DNA of 64,000 nt from Eledone cirrhosa (taxonomy: Eukaryota). Position numbers and translations under genes: made by a program. The DNA lies in NCBI GenBank assembly GCA_964016885.1, contig CAXHJY010001530.1, forward strand, positions 124,001 to 188,000, in the 5' to 3' direction. Positions 13,703-28,930 of this stretch are shown here, piece after piece (position 1 is the first letter of the stretch; each line of letters begins with the position of its first letter). The notes beneath the pieces were generated by a model, which saw only the letters and a program-made list of their open reading frames with translations, made no database searches and was not told the origin of the DNA.

Positions 13703-15859
13703 ATTATTATTCATGGTGTGCTCCTTTATGTCAAAGATGATTTAACCACTTGATAAACAAGCTACATTATAATTAATACTAGAATGATATTAGTACCGAG
13801 GTTGATATTATTTACTTAAAATCATGAATTGCAACTTGGACTCAATCTGTTGATTGAAACAAGTAAATAACAAAAGAATATATACAAGACCATGCAAGCT
13901 ACGTTTTTAATTAATTTTCCAGACTTTCTCTTTTTGAGGGATAGTATATTATAAAAGTATATTGTGTATTATGCATGTTATATACATGTATATGTGGTAT
14001 ATATATCGTATATACACTCAGCCAAAACATCATTATGAGCAAGGCACAGCATGGCCAAGTGGCCAGACTTGTGCCACCCAATTTCACATGGTAAACATAG
14101 TTGGTATTAGGAAGGACATCCAGTAGCCAACACAGAGTCCCGATATGTACAATGTATAGTGCGGCCATCTAGAGCAAGGCATGATAAAGCTAACTAACTG
14201 GACTGCCCTCATAATAGGACCACCATATGATTAAATCATATTCTCCTGAAGTAGACTGTATTTCCTTGATCAAGATCAACAAAATTGAAGTAATATACTA
14301 CTGAAAAGGAAGTTGACTTTATTCTGTCTACAATATTAGCCCTTATATCTAACAACAATGTTTGCATTTTATCAACTTAAAACTGAAACATCAATGTAAC
14401 ATAACTACTCCCCTTTATATTCTAATATGAATTATTTGAATAAAACATTGTACTAGAACTTTAAGTAAGAATTATAGACATATACAGATATGTGTACATA
14501 TAGATAAAGAGAAAGTAAAATAAAGGTGGGGATTGGTTTGATACATTTGGCAACAATTTCTGCTTCCCTACATTTCAAGAATAACAAATACATCTGGTTT
14601 TAATTCAGCAGCAATTTCAAATCTGTGTAACTATAAATTGCTGTTAATTGTTTGATTACTTCTAAATTATTCCTATGCAATTAGTTTATAGTTTTTTCTA
14701 TTTAGTTTTATTTTAACGAAATAGATGATTTAAAAAAATATTTCTAACTAAAAAAAGAAAAAAGAATTTTCATCATGTTGTCATGCATGAAGATGATCAT
14801 AAACACTGCTGCTCATAAACATCAACATTAGAGACTGGCTTAGTGCTTTTCCAGAGTGTTTCTATCAAACAATATTTGGTATATTTCATTTTGACATTGC
14901 AAAACCCTCTTAAACAGACAATGGTTTATTAGATTAATAACAAAACAACTGAGCCTTACCTCAGTAGCTCGTATCATTTCCACCGCTTGAGTAAGTATGC
15001 AATTCTGATGGTCAACAAAAAGATGTGAGCCGACTCTTTTTATGCTTTCAAAACTCGGATGTATACACCAGACTCTCTTGGCATCACTTTTATTTCTCTC
15101 TCCCCTCTTTTCCTATCCATGCGCATTATAGTTTGGCCAAATGTCTCTGTGATGTCCAGTGCTTCAGACATAAGTTACTTTCACCTAGTTAATGGCTACA
15201 ATGCAGTTATAATGTAGCAATGTGACAGTTTGAACATATTACATATTCTCTCCTTTCCAAACAGTTTCTGTATTTCAGTTCTTATTGTGGACCCCCTGCA
15301 TGACCAATGCATATGGCGTTGAGTAACTGGAAAATCCTCCCAGTGTTCTAAGTGAAAATTGACAACTTTAACTATATTTGCCACCAGTCATTCAACAGTC
15401 ACACCATAATTAGCACTACCTTGTGCAAGCATCATCATAAAGGAATAGATTGGAAGTGGACTAATGATGTGAAACAGAGGAGGGACAACTGACAATTACA
15501 CCACCTTCTGAGAATTTCCCCCAAACAAACACAGGTAAATGTAAATGGAGAAGGTCTCCAAATCATTCTCACTGATGTGATGTTGTAATGATGAGAAGAT
15601 TATATTTGAGAGAGATTTTTGGCTAATTCTAACAGGCTGGGTGATCATGTTGAGACTCTTTTATTGCTTCATATATCTTTAGGTTGTATAAATGCACAGA
15701 GCAAGGGCAGAGTATATGCGGTTGTGAATTTTATCAAAATGCAAGAGTTATTCTATGCCACATGTAATATTGGTAGTGTACATCCCAGCAGAGCAACTCA
15801 GTTAAATGACACATTACACAGTTATGTATATGTGCTTCATGTTTATCTGGATTGTTATG

Positions 15860-16550
15860 TTTAGCAGATTTATGATTAAAGATCTTACAGCCGTGACCAT
15901 TACATAGTATTTACAAGACTATATTTTTTAGGATTATATTATCAGTGTTTCCTTCTCTTTTCTAGATAGTAAGTTAAAATTCTGAGTAAGATTTGGCTGC
16001 TGCTATTTTTAGTAGGCTGGAATACTATAAAACAGTTCAGAGTGTTTGTTCACATTGTTATTTAGCCCCAAGTAAAATTTGATCAAGAAGATCTATGAAT
16101 AAAGACATTCCAGCCAAAGATTGAGTTATATTTGACTGCTATTTCAAGCAGATAGATCGCATAATGACACTGAGCCACTCGGTGTTTAACTTCAGGTGAG
16201 TCTTAATCAAGAACTAGGAAGAAATTAATTCCAGCCATGACTATCCCACCATTTTCCTATGTACAAGACCATATTATCCAATATCTCCTAAAATAGCAGC
16301 ATGTGATTTGGGGGATATTTAGCTATTTCTTGCTAACTTAGATACCATGTAGAGATTTTCTGTTATCAAAAATATTGTTTAACCCCAGAACAACCTTGTT
16401 TGAAACGACTTATTATTAAAGGTACTCTAGGCATGAATATTTAATATTTCTATGATTATATATAACTAGATTATCTATTAAATCTTTCCCTTTTTTAAGG
16501 TGTTAGGCTCTAATTAAGAATATTTCACTACTGTTTCTAGCATAGAGCCA
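15860..16550 (+). repeat. Tandem remnants of an old dispersed repeat family (also ~3490, 6380-6800, 18170-18330 minus, 18650, 25880-26030 minus)
   Basis: Recurrent tgtttagcccca..gatcaa..ctatgat.aaag.cattccagccatgac..gatttggctgctatttctagc units. Confidence 0.55.
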
Positions 16551-18354
16551 CCACATAATATAGTGTGGTCAAACACAGCCAAGTATGGGGACATTGATGT
16601 ATAAACTATGATGATAATATACTCACAGAGAGATATTTTCACAAATACATAGAATAACATTTCAACAATAGCAGTTATAAAACCTCAGAACTGTAACTAA
16701 CGAGTAAGCAGCTCCAGAAAAATAATTTAAGCAACACAATACATTTCCAAACTGAGGCGAGATAAAAGTGTTATTAGAAATACCTTAACTAGCAACCATT
16801 GAATAATATCTAACTAGTGGTTATATAAACCATCCCTGAAACCCTACTCTAAACAATCTGTCATATTTTCCTTTCCAAATTTCCATTTGAAAGTTTTAAA
16901 CTGTGAATCAAATTCAAAAATCTGATACAATATGCAAAGGCTTCACTTTCTAATGGATTAACATGTATAAAAAGAACTATTTCCTATCCTTTTCAAACAA
17001 CTATCTCAGCATAATCTTTTAAATTTTAATCAATAAAAATGTAGCCATATGAATGAATATGCTAATGTCCTTTACCTCATTTAATTATGATTTATATGAA
17101 TTTATATGTTGTGTCTGATACCAATTTTGTATTGTTTCCTGGAAAACACTCTACTGGTTTTACAAATTAATTGCAACATCTTTCTCATTTATTATGAAGT
17201 TTAAAGGAAAATCTAATTTACATATTATAAAACCAAGAATAAGAATTAAATGGACATTTATTAAATAAACATGTGAATAATTAAATTTTTAATTAAACCC
17301 TATTTTCTAGCAATACAACATCAAAGTAGTTTTCACAAATTTCATCAAACATATTCATGCTTTAATACACACAAAAATTCAGGTTAAATATTTTAAATTT
17401 CAGAAGGCATATAAAATGACAAAGGTAGTAATATAACTCTTTAGATGTTTTAGTGTATCAAAAGTTTAATGCCTCATTTTTCTGCATTTAAATCCTGCAA
17501 GAGATAACTTTGTCTTTACTCTCTATATATTTGATTGAATGGATATTAAGTCAATAAACTATATTGTAAGATGAATTTTAGGTCAAGTACCAAATCAATA
17601 TTTCAAATATCAAATATCCCAAATAAATTTATATTGGGATTCATAAAAAATATTTTTCCCTTTCAACTTACAGAAGAAATTTGATTTTATTGAAAAATTA
17701 ATAATTAAAATAGTGTAAGATTCTGAAAAAATAAACAATTTTGAAACTCTTTAAAAACGAAGATGCTGAAATGGTTTTGAAAATGGCAAATTGGATTTAT
17801 AATATCAACAATTTTTGTCAATATCCGTTGATGCAGATTGTTATATGCTGAGCTGTTTATATTACTTCTACGCATTGGCTATATAGTACATTAGAGTAAA
17901 AAAGAAAGTTCACATTTTCTCTTGGCTGCTTTCAAAATGTTATATAAATTGTATGATAAAATATTTGACTTGCATTCTCATGTGGTATCACAATATATAT
18001 ATCTGACATGGCAGAAGGCCTGGCAGTATGTATTGAAAATATACTGATAACATGCACATTCCAGTTATATTTGTAGAATATATCAACAAGAACTATTTCT
18101 TACAAAATGTAGCCTCAACACGGGAAATAACCAATAGTAACATAAATTTATTAACAAATCAATTAGGAAGCCTCTACTTGGTTGTTTGACCTGGTAGAAA
18201 TAGCAGTCAAATCCTTTTCAATTATAAAAATGGTGTTGAATAATGTAGTCCTCTGTCAGACAAAAGAAAAATGACTGGAAATTCCTTGACCATATGTTTG
18301 TTCAATACAATATGAACTGGGGCTAAACTAACAATAATTTCATTTTAATATTAT

Positions 18355-18540
18355 TGGTGGAGTGTCGGACAACATGCTTTATTGCTTAGAGATATGGCCC
18401 TTTATAATCTGAGTTCAAATCCTGCCGAGGTTACTTTACCTTTCATCCTTATGGGATTGATAATATAAAGTAACAGTAATGCACTGGGGTGATTTAATCG
18501 ACTTTCCCCTTCCCCAAAATTGTTGGCTTCTGCTTAACCC
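18355..18540 (+). mobile_element. tRNA-derived SINE, diverged copy
   Basis: B box gagttcaaatcc plus central cctttcatccttatggg.ttgataa domain. Confidence 0.75.
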
Positions 18541-20960
18541 CTTAGCATTTACATTACTCTATATTTACTATTGTATTTTTGAGGTAAAGGCTTTACCTCA
18601 AATAATACCTCACATAATATCTAATCTATGAGATTTTGATATTGTTTGTGGTTATTGTTTAGCCTCGTGTTCGCCCTGATCAAACAATCCTTGCACAGTG
18701 CACCTAGCAACACATTATGCAATGTGTATAAGCTTTTCACATATGGTTTGGTGTATGTTTTGAGGGAGTTCTGCAGCTATTTCCAGCAGTTCAAATAATT
18801 ACATAGGAGTTCCCTCCTTTGATCATAATAACAATATTTATACCTATGTAATTATGCTATTGTTGCATGTTTCTAATCGCATTCATCTTCAATATATGTG
18901 AGGTATGTTTATTAACCAAAAACGCATTGCCTTATATATTTACAGGCAAGATACATCTTTTTCTTTTTACTGAAAAATCATATGTAAAATACCACGTCTT
19001 TCTACGAAACCTTGCTCCGGATTTGAACTTCACAGAACTCACTAGTGCACACACACACCACACACAGGCATGCATACACACATGCAGGCACACACACACT
19101 CAGAGGTAAAGAATTGTGTAGAATTGACTGATGACATCTCACACAAAAACAAAAATTCCTTCTACGTGTGCAAAATATGTGTATGCTATTTTCTATAGTC
19201 TGTCTGTAATCCTAACATTCAATAGATGCCAAATATCAAGTAAGACTCACAATTTAAAAGCACCAGTTATTGTATTTGGAATTGCTATGATATGTATGAG
19301 TCCATTATTTTGCTAGACTGTTTGGGCAATAACTGTGATTAATTTAGCTAAATGTTTTCTTATCATTTAAACATAAATGCAGGTGAAGTTGCTAAGAGTA
19401 TTTAGAGAAAACAAAATGCAACTCATAAATGATTCAAAGGTTCAAGCCAAAATATTAAAAAAAACAAAGAGGATGTGAAGTGTCAACTGTTAACCCATGC
19501 TAGCGCGGAAGATAGACATTAATTGATGACGTATAGACCGATTGTCTGATATTTCAAGGAAAAATGGTAATATAAACAACAAACATTTGTGTGCGATTTG
19601 TATAACTATGGCAATAAAATAACTGAATTGAAGTATTTATATCCATTTTCTCGTGCTTGAGGGCTTGAAAACAGTGTTGCAATTTCAGATGATGGCATAA
19701 ATGTTTGACCCAGCCTTCTATGGTTATGTGTCAATGTTAAAACAAGCCACTTAACTGCAAAGATTTAGCTAGTGAGATAGGTATATAGAGTAATATGCTT
19801 TTAGCAAAATTTGACTCCTTGATCTATTAATATCCTAACAAATCATTCACTTGTCTCATATGATGGATTATTTTAGCGAAATCCATTTTAAGAGACAGGA
19901 CTCCAAATATCTTAACTAGTCTGCCAGTGTTTCTACAACCCCTCCTTAAGAATAAGAATATTTTCAAGTTTTATTTCTGGTTAAATAAATTAATTTTCAT
20001 ATTTATCATAGCATTCTTCTTTCAGATCCAATTTTCTTATCCATTTTGTTGCAGTTCTTCTATAAATGTATCACTATAAAGAAATAATCATTGATAGATG
20101 AATTATTATATATATAATGTCTGGCTATCTGAAAATAATCTTGATACCAGTAATAACAAGAAAGATAAGTAGGGTGAAAGGGCAATGAGGAAATTAAATG
20201 AACTAGTCACATATTGAACAGACACATAACACACATACATATGCACACAAAGATATGAATTTATAACAAAGAGAAAGATATATAAAAATATAAGATATAA
20301 TCAATATTAGTCAAGACAACACAATAGCTTTGTGTATATGTTGGCTATTTCTGCAGCTGCACTCTTTGGAAGAGACTGATGACCCCTTTTCTCAAGACAT
20401 TTTCAATTGTGCCTTGGAAATAGATGACAATCAGTGATGTGAATTAATGTCTTTCACTGAACAAATTATTTGTCTTTTGTCAAGTACAGCAACAGATTGC
20501 ACTAGTTATGTATGTATGTAAGCATGTATGTATGTAAGCAAGTATGAATGAATGTATGTATGTATTTATATATGTATGTATGCATGTGTTAATGGGATAT
20601 GTGTTTTCCAGTCAAATTATAGGATATAGTAGTATATGTAGCTAGATAAATGATTTTGTGGAAGATGTTAGAAAACGTTTGAAACGCATGGTGAGAGAGG
20701 GATATGACAGAACATTTCTGGTATAATATTTTTGTCATAGCCTTGGTATTAAAGGAGAGATTCAGAGAAAGTCCTGAGTTATTTCCAGTTTACAATGGGA
20801 AAGTGTATGGCTAAGCAATAGGAAGGATCATATTTTTGTTTTATTTTTATATGTTGTTTTTTTTTATTGAGGTAGTAAGATTTGAGTTAGTTGTAGGCAC
20901 ATCATGATTAGGGAAGAGGTATGAATTCTCTTATGGGCAGTCATGACAGGTATTATTTCA

Positions 20961-21145
20961 TGGATTGGCAGTATCGGTAGAGGGTCGGACGCCATGCTTT
21001 CCAGCATAGTTACGTCCCTTTACGATCTGAGTTCAAATCCCGCCGAGGTTGACTTTGCCTTTCATCCTTACGGGGTCGATAAAATAAAGTACCAGTAATG
21101 CACTGGATAATTGCTGGCCTTGTGCCTAAAGTAGAAACAATTATT
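20961..21145 (+). mobile_element. Young tRNA-derived SINE with Meta-like central domain and 9-bp TSD
   Basis: A box TGGCAGTATCGG, B box GAGTTCAAATCC, gttgactttgcctttcatccttacggggtcgataaaat core; TSD attatttca at 20952..20960 and 21140..21148. Confidence 0.9.
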
Positions 21146-22106
21146 TCAGCCATTGGCCTATTCAATTTTAATGTTTTTAATGTCATTTCAGTTATCCACC
21201 TCTCGAGTTTGTGATGGGATGAGGGTGGGAGTGTGTGTGGGGGTGATGTCTAAACAAGTGACCAAATTTCCTTTCCTTATTTTCTTTTTTACTCTCCCTA
21301 TTTCTTACAGTTGGCATTCAGGCACTTTGAAATTTGCAATATGGCTATGATTGAGAGGAGTGGGGGTTGGTGGGGAGACAAAATAATCTAACTTTCTTTC
21401 CTTCCTGTCTTTGGTTCTTTTTTTATTCATTTATTCCTAATTATTTATGCTTACCAGACAGCAGGCCAGTTTTCATGGGATAGGATATTTAAAAATATTC
21501 AAGTAAGTTTGATTTTGTAGAATAATTTTGCAGTCCTCCATTGCTTATTTTGATCTTATTTGTGTATTTACATTAGTATTTACATATGTGTATGTTTATA
21601 ACGTAGTTTGAATTATGTGCTTGATTTTATATTGCTTTTCCATATCCCCATCTCAATAATAACCATTTCAATAATAGTTTTTTTTCTTGTTTAGTTGTAT
21701 GGGTCATAGATTTTCTGATAAAAGCTTCCCAGTGCATGGTGTAATATCGATAGACTAAATGTTTTGGGGGCTTATTTTGTCTTGATGGTTAGTTTGGGGA
21801 AGTTTATAGTTGAGATGCATAAGAAGGTGGAGCACATTCAATTACATAATGTAGTTGTAGTTACTGCAGATAATAATAGTTTTATTATACAAAAACTATG
21901 TAATATGACAGCTATAGTTTGATAATGACTGTCTTCCCCTTTGCTGGCTGATGAGGTTGATGGTTTACAAAATTGGTAATGAAGTTCGAGGTAGGCTTAA
22001 CATGAGTTTTGAGTGCAGATCAGGGATTGGTTTACAGAGTTTTCTATGTATTTTGTTTATTGGTTAAGGTAATCAACAATCATATTTACATACACACACA
22101 CACACA

Positions 22107-22362
22107 TCATCATCATCATCATCTTCGTTTAACGTCCATTTTCCACGCTAGCATGGGTTAGACAGGAGTTGTCCCACTTGAGGCAAGGCTGGTCGGGTGA
22201 CCGTGTCTCGCTCATATAGGACTATCTGGCAGGATTTCTACGGCTGGATGCCCTTCCTAACACCAACCACATTTACAGTGTGGAACTGGGAACTTTTTAC
22301 CATGTTACCTACATGGCCACATTACAGCGTGGACTGTGTTTTTTTCTTGTGATACCTATACA
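22107..22362 (-). mobile_element. RTE 3'-UTR fragment / RTE-tailed SINE (also 35066..35470, plus short tails at 35500 and 35725)
   Basis: Matches the 3' UTR of the RTEs at 37415 and 45999; ends cccatgctagcgtggaa..ggacgttaaacga(tga)n. Confidence 0.85.
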
Positions 22363-22779
22363 CATATATGTGTCAGTACAATGAAAGGTCAGTCCAGAGA
22401 AGTTTTAAGAGATGTTTCAATGGATATGTATGCATGAGGTACGATAGAGAGGTGCTTCAGCTAGACTGTTCATGAGCAAGGAACTTAGATACAAGTTCTT
22501 GGTAAATAAAAATGACAACATAGGTAGTGTAGGCATAACTATTGGCTGTGGAATGCATAGATAAGGTAATCGAGGTAGTCAAAATTTGTGATAGTATAAT
22601 TAAGCTTAGAGTAGTCTATGGTATTCTCTATAAATGCAATATAAGCTTGGCTTGCAGATGAACTGAAGGGGCATTTCCATGAGGTTCTCTTGCAGACTAT
22701 CTCATACTTATGCAGTATGCAGGAAAGGAGTAGGTAGAAAATCTATCCTATATTCTTAATGCCAACTATGGGTACACAA

Positions 22780-23900
22780 GTGATGTAGTGGGATCTCAGG
22801 CAGGCTAGTGAAAAATATAGGCTTTGTATTTGGTCGATTCACAGGAAACAAGTTCCTTTAAATGTCCAGATGGCTTCATAGAAGTAGTTAATAGTTTCTA
22901 TTACCTATGGGACAAAATTAGCAGTGAAGGTGGGTGTCCTGAAAGTACAGTGGCTAGAGTGAGAACAAGATAGCAAAAGCTCAGGGAGCTACTACCACTG
23001 CTAGCTACAAAAGATGTTTTCCTCAAAATGAAAAATAAATTGTATGAAGCATGTGTACAAACAACATTGCTGCATGGAAGTTAGATTTGGGCAATATGTG
23101 CAGAGGTTTTACAAAAAATGGAAACAAATGAAGCTTACATGCTCTGATGGATGTTTAATAATAGTGTACATGATCGACAAAACATCAGTGAACTGAGTAA
23201 AGCTAGGCATTGAGGATAGATGCCTACAGGAGAGGAGAATGTGGTGGTCTGGACATGTTATGCGAAGGGAAAATGACAGCTGTATAAAAATGTGCAGGGC
23301 ATTCAAAGTCGATGGTAACTATGGAAGAGGAAGACCAAGGAAAATTTGGGATGAAGTGATAAAAGCTGACCTTGCCCAATTAAACCTCACAAACAGGATG
23401 GCACAGGATAAAGGCCTCTCACATGATGCTGTTCTGCAGAAGACCTGCTTTCCAATGGACAAAAATGATATGAAACAAATATGTAAAGGAAACACTAGTC
23501 TTCCCCACTCCTCTTTCCACACTTCCATCCACTATCACCCATCTTAACACCCTCCTCTCACCTGCTAAATATTCTACACACCTAACTAATGTTGAATTTG
23601 CTTACCTGCCCATCCCCATCTCTGATACACCCTATGTGCCAAACCCAGGAAAGCTGGATATACTCGACATCAGATCTGCCATAATGTCGTTGCCATGAGG
23701 AAAAGCACAAAGTCCACCCTGTATTCTGATCCAGTGCAACAAAAACAGAAGCAGCCAATCCACATTGTAAGCTAATAGAAACCAAGCCGAAATACAGATC
23801 TGTACAAGCATGATGTGGTCTTCAATCTTGACTCGTCTCATAATGTGACAATCTATCTAACCCATGCAAGCATAGAAAATGGATGTTAAATGATGATGAT
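22780..23900 (+). mobile_element. Decayed RTE LINE 3' part
   Basis: WWSGHVMRREN.SCIK..GRGRPRKIWDEV; (GAT)n tail at ~23890. Confidence 0.85.
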
Positions 23901-26900
23901 ATAAATATATGACATTCTTCCTACAGCTTCTCTCTACCAAATTCACCCACAAGTTATTGCTTAATCCAGGGTTATAATGCAAGGCACTTGTCAAGGAGCC
24001 CACACAGATATGCATAACGAGAAAGTGTGATTCTGGAGCAAACCTCTTAACCACACAACCATATATGTGCATGCATGTGTATGTGTGTAGAAACATTTGT
24101 GATAAACACACACACTGTATATAATCGCCAGTCAGATTTGATCAATTAGATCTGACCTAAGTTTAAACAACTAGAACTAAGACAACAGAGCCATCACTTT
24201 CTTTTGACTAGTGACAAATTTGCATTTTGTTTTGGTTACCCAATTTACATACTACATTTAAATAATTACAAAAATTGTATGATAACTATTTTTATTACAT
24301 GATTTTATGATATACTGCAAAATAATACACTACCAAGCTTTTTACTTCATTATCTAATTAAAAAAAAAAGCCTGCTATAGCTTTATTTAAGATCAATATT
24401 CTAGATTATTATATAAAATCAACATTTTTAGGTCATTTAGTGATAAAAGCTATCTGGTATATGTCAGATTATTCTTTATCCTTTTTACACCATAAATTTT
24501 ACTATTTTTCAGACAACTAGATCAATAATTTTATTTTCATGTTCTTTTTCCTTCTTGTTATTATTTGTTTAAAGCATTTTGATCAGCATGTTCAGTGATC
24601 CCCCCCCCCCCCACTTCTGTAGATTGTATTTATTAGAGCATGTAGTTCCCCTTACTTTAAAACACATAGTAAAGGAAATTTTATGACAACAAATCAAAAA
24701 AACCTGATCTTACACCATTCCAATGCTTACACAAGTGATTAATCTCCCACCACACCCTTTTCACCACCATTAATACCTTTTACTTTTAAGATTCTTTATG
24801 ATTGCTTTATTCTGATGGTGTAATGATTATGATGATATCTATTTTCATCTCATAAATTTCCCTCTAATTCCCATTCAAGTGTGCCTGAAAAAAAGAAAAT
24901 AAATTTTGAACACATTTTGGATTGAAAGAGATCTTACATTATTTTCTATGGATTTTGAATCTTTCATGTCTTGATCTCAATTTGGAATACAATCACCAAA
25001 CTATCTTTAGTAGTAGAGATAAAATATTGTAATTTTGCAATCATTTGATACCTCAGTATACAGGGACATTTATTGCCTCACTGTGACTTTTGATAACATA
25101 TAAGGGATTTTTGGAAGTATATCTAGAATTTAAATATATATTGGGTAGCTTAAATCTACACTGAGTGTATGTGCCATTTAACTACTCCACATCATTGATA
25201 CCATTTATATAATGTCCATCAAATCTATCAGTCAAATAATGTTATTTCTTCTCAGAAAATGAGTTTTGATCTGTTTGTCACTCTCCCAATACCAAAATAA
25301 TATTCGTAAAGAAAGAAACATACAACATCACATCTCATTTGATTTTAATGCAAAATTCATACCATCACACTTCTTATAGGTGTTAGGCCTAGTAGTCTTT
25401 AATATTTACTTATAAAGGCTTCCATGCCATACTCAAGAGAATCTCAGCAAGTGAAATATCATTACACAATAAGAAATATCATTACACAATAAGAAAAATC
25501 ATTAGTTTCTGAACATATGCTAAACGTTTTATTATAGAAATATGCCCATCTCTCGAACATTGCTGGGTCTATAATAAGCACACAATGACACAGATATGTA
25601 TATGCATACATTCACAACCTCTCCAGTATGGATAAAAACTGACAAATGAAATTTTGCTAACAAACGTTTTAAAAAGACCCCTATCACACGCTGTCTACAT
25701 TTTGCCTAAACAGCCTCTATTAATATGGCTGTGCTATTTTAAACTCACTATCATATATTTCCAGTCTAAGGGAGTTGCTTTACTATACCAAACGTTCCAA
25801 ACTCCAGCTTTCTAAGTCTATCTTCTGCCTCACAAGACAATGAGGGAACCAACATGTGCTCATTCAGCCCACTGATAAATCTCTCTTGAATTGTGCCTTA
25901 CCTTCATTAGAAGGACATAGATAATGCAGTCCTAGATACAATATGTTCAAAACTAAAATGACAGGGTCAAGGCTGGGACAAACTCATCATGTGCCTACTA
26001 AATCAGAAGTGACCTGGTGCTAAACAACTATAAAATCGACTATCACCTACACACATCCACTAACATACAATAATGCACATTTACCATTAACTGCATTAAT
26101 TTTTTAAGTGAAAATTGGCATTGTGTCAATTCCAAATAAATTAATATTCATAGTAAGAGTATTTTTAAATAAAATAATTTCAAAGCAAAAAATTATAGAT
26201 GTAACCACAAAGTTACCAATAGAGATTAATAGATATTATAAAAACTCATTTGGTTATATACATGATGTGTCATTTTGCTTACTTTGTCAATATTCATTTC
26301 ATATATAACAATAGATATAGTACTAGCTATTGTGTAATATATTTTGATGTTTTGAAGATATATTATCAAACCATAAATGCAGCTTTATTCTATTCTTTTG
26401 ATCAGGATTTTGATTCAATTATCAATTATGTAGAGAAACCATTAACGTAGTTTCAATTTACATAACAAGGAAGTGTGGTGTTTGCAACTAAAGGTATAGA
26501 GAAAGACGTCAAAGAAATTCTTGAAAAAGGCACAGGATGTCAGAAAGTAGGAAAGAAATGAAGCAAACATGATTTGCTGAATGTCAAATGTTAGTGTGCA
26601 TCAATGACAAGGCACAAACAAGTTTGAAAATCTGGGTTTGACATACAAGAGAGAAGGCAGTTTAAGAGGTATTAAGAGTTTAAAGTTGAAGTAAGCCATG
26701 GATGATGATGACCAAGGAAGCATGCGAAAAAGTAGTGAAAGCTGATCTCAAGATACCAAAACTCACAAAAGAGATGGCAAAGAAATATTAAGACATGACT
26801 TTGTTGAGTACCCATACAAGCATAAGAAAAGAATGTAATGATGATGATTATGATAAGTACTTTGTCGATTTCTTCTCCCACTATCTGGTTGAAGGTAGAT

Positions 26901-28369
26901 GCTATCAATAATTCACATTTAAAGTAATAGGTAGATCAACTGCCACTGCCTCTAACAATAAGCCTAACTAAATCTGAAGTATAATTCATGTTATGCTTAT
27001 AGAGAAAAAAACCAATGTAAATCAGCAATACAGAATTAGTTTTCATACAATTTCTGCAAAGTTAATAAATAAATTAAAAAAACCCTCATCAGACAACATT
27101 TGATACTGATAACAATGATAATTGAGATAACTATAATGATGATGATAATTTTCACATTATTATTATTTTGCTTAGAATTTTGTTACCACCCTTTTTTTTA
27201 AAAGATAAGTATAACAGATGTGAAAAATCAATATCTAGAAAATAAATTACTAATGCTTGATCTACTTGAAATCAAGAATACCTTTAGCAATACATTTAGT
27301 TGTTAAATATTTTTCAAATATTAGTAACTGGCTAATGGAGAAAAGGAAAAAAAGTGATTCTATATCAATAATCTGAACAAACTTCAATCATGGGATCTTA
27401 TATGTATTACTTTACTTATCAACAGGAAATTAATGATGGAAATTACTACGCATGTTTATATATTTTATTGCTATACATAAAATCATATTAATATTTAGAA
27501 CATTCTTTTTTTACCACCATTTCTCTGCAATAAACATATTACCTAATGGCAAAAAAAAGCATGATATTAAGCTTACTTAAATTTGATTGTGTATCTATTA
27601 ATGCTGTGGTCAGATAATGCTTCTCTTCTCATTTATCTAAAGAGATTCTGGATAGGTTAAATGTTAATCTCCCCACTTACATTTCTTAAAGTATAATTGA
27701 GATAATGATAACCCTAAATTCTCTGATACCATATGAATCCGAAATCAATTTTTCACTACACATTATTTACTATGACTTCTTTTTATAAGTGCATGGAAAT
27801 TTTCTCAGAAAGGTTTTCTGCACATAGAATATACATAATCTAGAAAGCTAAATAATGTTTTTAATCAACTAAAATGCAGTTAAAATAATGCAGCATATCA
27901 GGAATAATTCTATAGATATTGTACTAGTTTATCTTTTACTGCTACCTTGTTGTTTTGAATTATGATGTTGAATGCTTGAGTCCTCCCAATCTTTGTTCAT
28001 AATAACAAAAGCAATCACATGGAATGGGCTGTGTTTGAAGTAGGCAACTCCGATATGATTATTTTATTATTAAATATCCATTAGTGTCTTTTCTGCTTGT
28101 GTGCTAATCATCAAGCTAAGACCCAACATGCTGCCTGGTTTTTGTTATGCCATGTTAATAATGTTATATAACTGCAACCCTCTTATTGTTGACATCTGAT
28201 AGGATTGTCATTGTCATGTTTTATTTTATGTCTAGTAACTTTATGCCAATTAAAATAAAGTTTTGATAGAAAGTTCTCAGAAATTCATATACTACCTCTG
28301 CCTAAGTCTGAATACCTGGATTTTACATTAAGCTACCAAAGTATAAGTTTAAGATCAATTACATAAAAA

Positions 28370-28930
28370 ATCCCTATGAAATGGTACTAAATAGAAACCA
28401 ACCACATCTTGAGCCAAATCTATGACCAAATCAAAATGACTGCAGACAATAATGATCAATTACATCTCATATACTTTCTCCCAGGAAAAATCATAGGAGA
28501 CAAATGAAACAACCTAAAAGCAGTATTTCTTTTTGTTGATTACAAAAATGCCCTCAACAGCATTCACAGATATACGATTATAAAAATCATCTGTGCTTAT
28601 GGAATACTAGATAAGTTTGTAAATGCAATGACCTTGCTATATGAGGATACAAGAGCTAGAGTGTTGTCCCCAGATAGGAGACCATCCTGATATTCTTGCA
28701 GAACAGCTACAGGATGATTCATTGACCCCTTATCAACTTCACAATTCTATTTGATTATATAATGAGACAAGCTATAGATGGCAAGTTGGAAGAATTATCT
28801 TCAAACTAAGGGGAAGCAGGTGTATACCATCAATGGTATTATTCAATCTTGTGTATGCTGATGATATTTCCCTAGTATTGGATGAGGTACATTAAATGGA
28901 AGAACTGCCAGAAATAGTTGAGAAAAAAGT
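28370..28930 (+). mobile_element. Decayed LINE RT fragment (RTE-like)
   Basis: FVDYKNA..SIHR, AYGI..KFV, LYEDTRARVLSPD, LQDD.L.PY, YADDI remnants. Confidence 0.7.

Noticed and set aside
20961-21050. tRNA gene
   Set aside because: The A/B boxes belong to a multi-copy SINE head; no cloverleaf or acceptor stem.
21940-21990. CTGATGAggt..acaaaattggta possible fossil hammerhead
   Set aside because: Stem II and stem I cannot be formed convincingly.
27040-27100. Minus-strand CTGATGA..GAAA
   Set aside because: No stem I or III, and not conserved in the duplicate at 29.3 kb.
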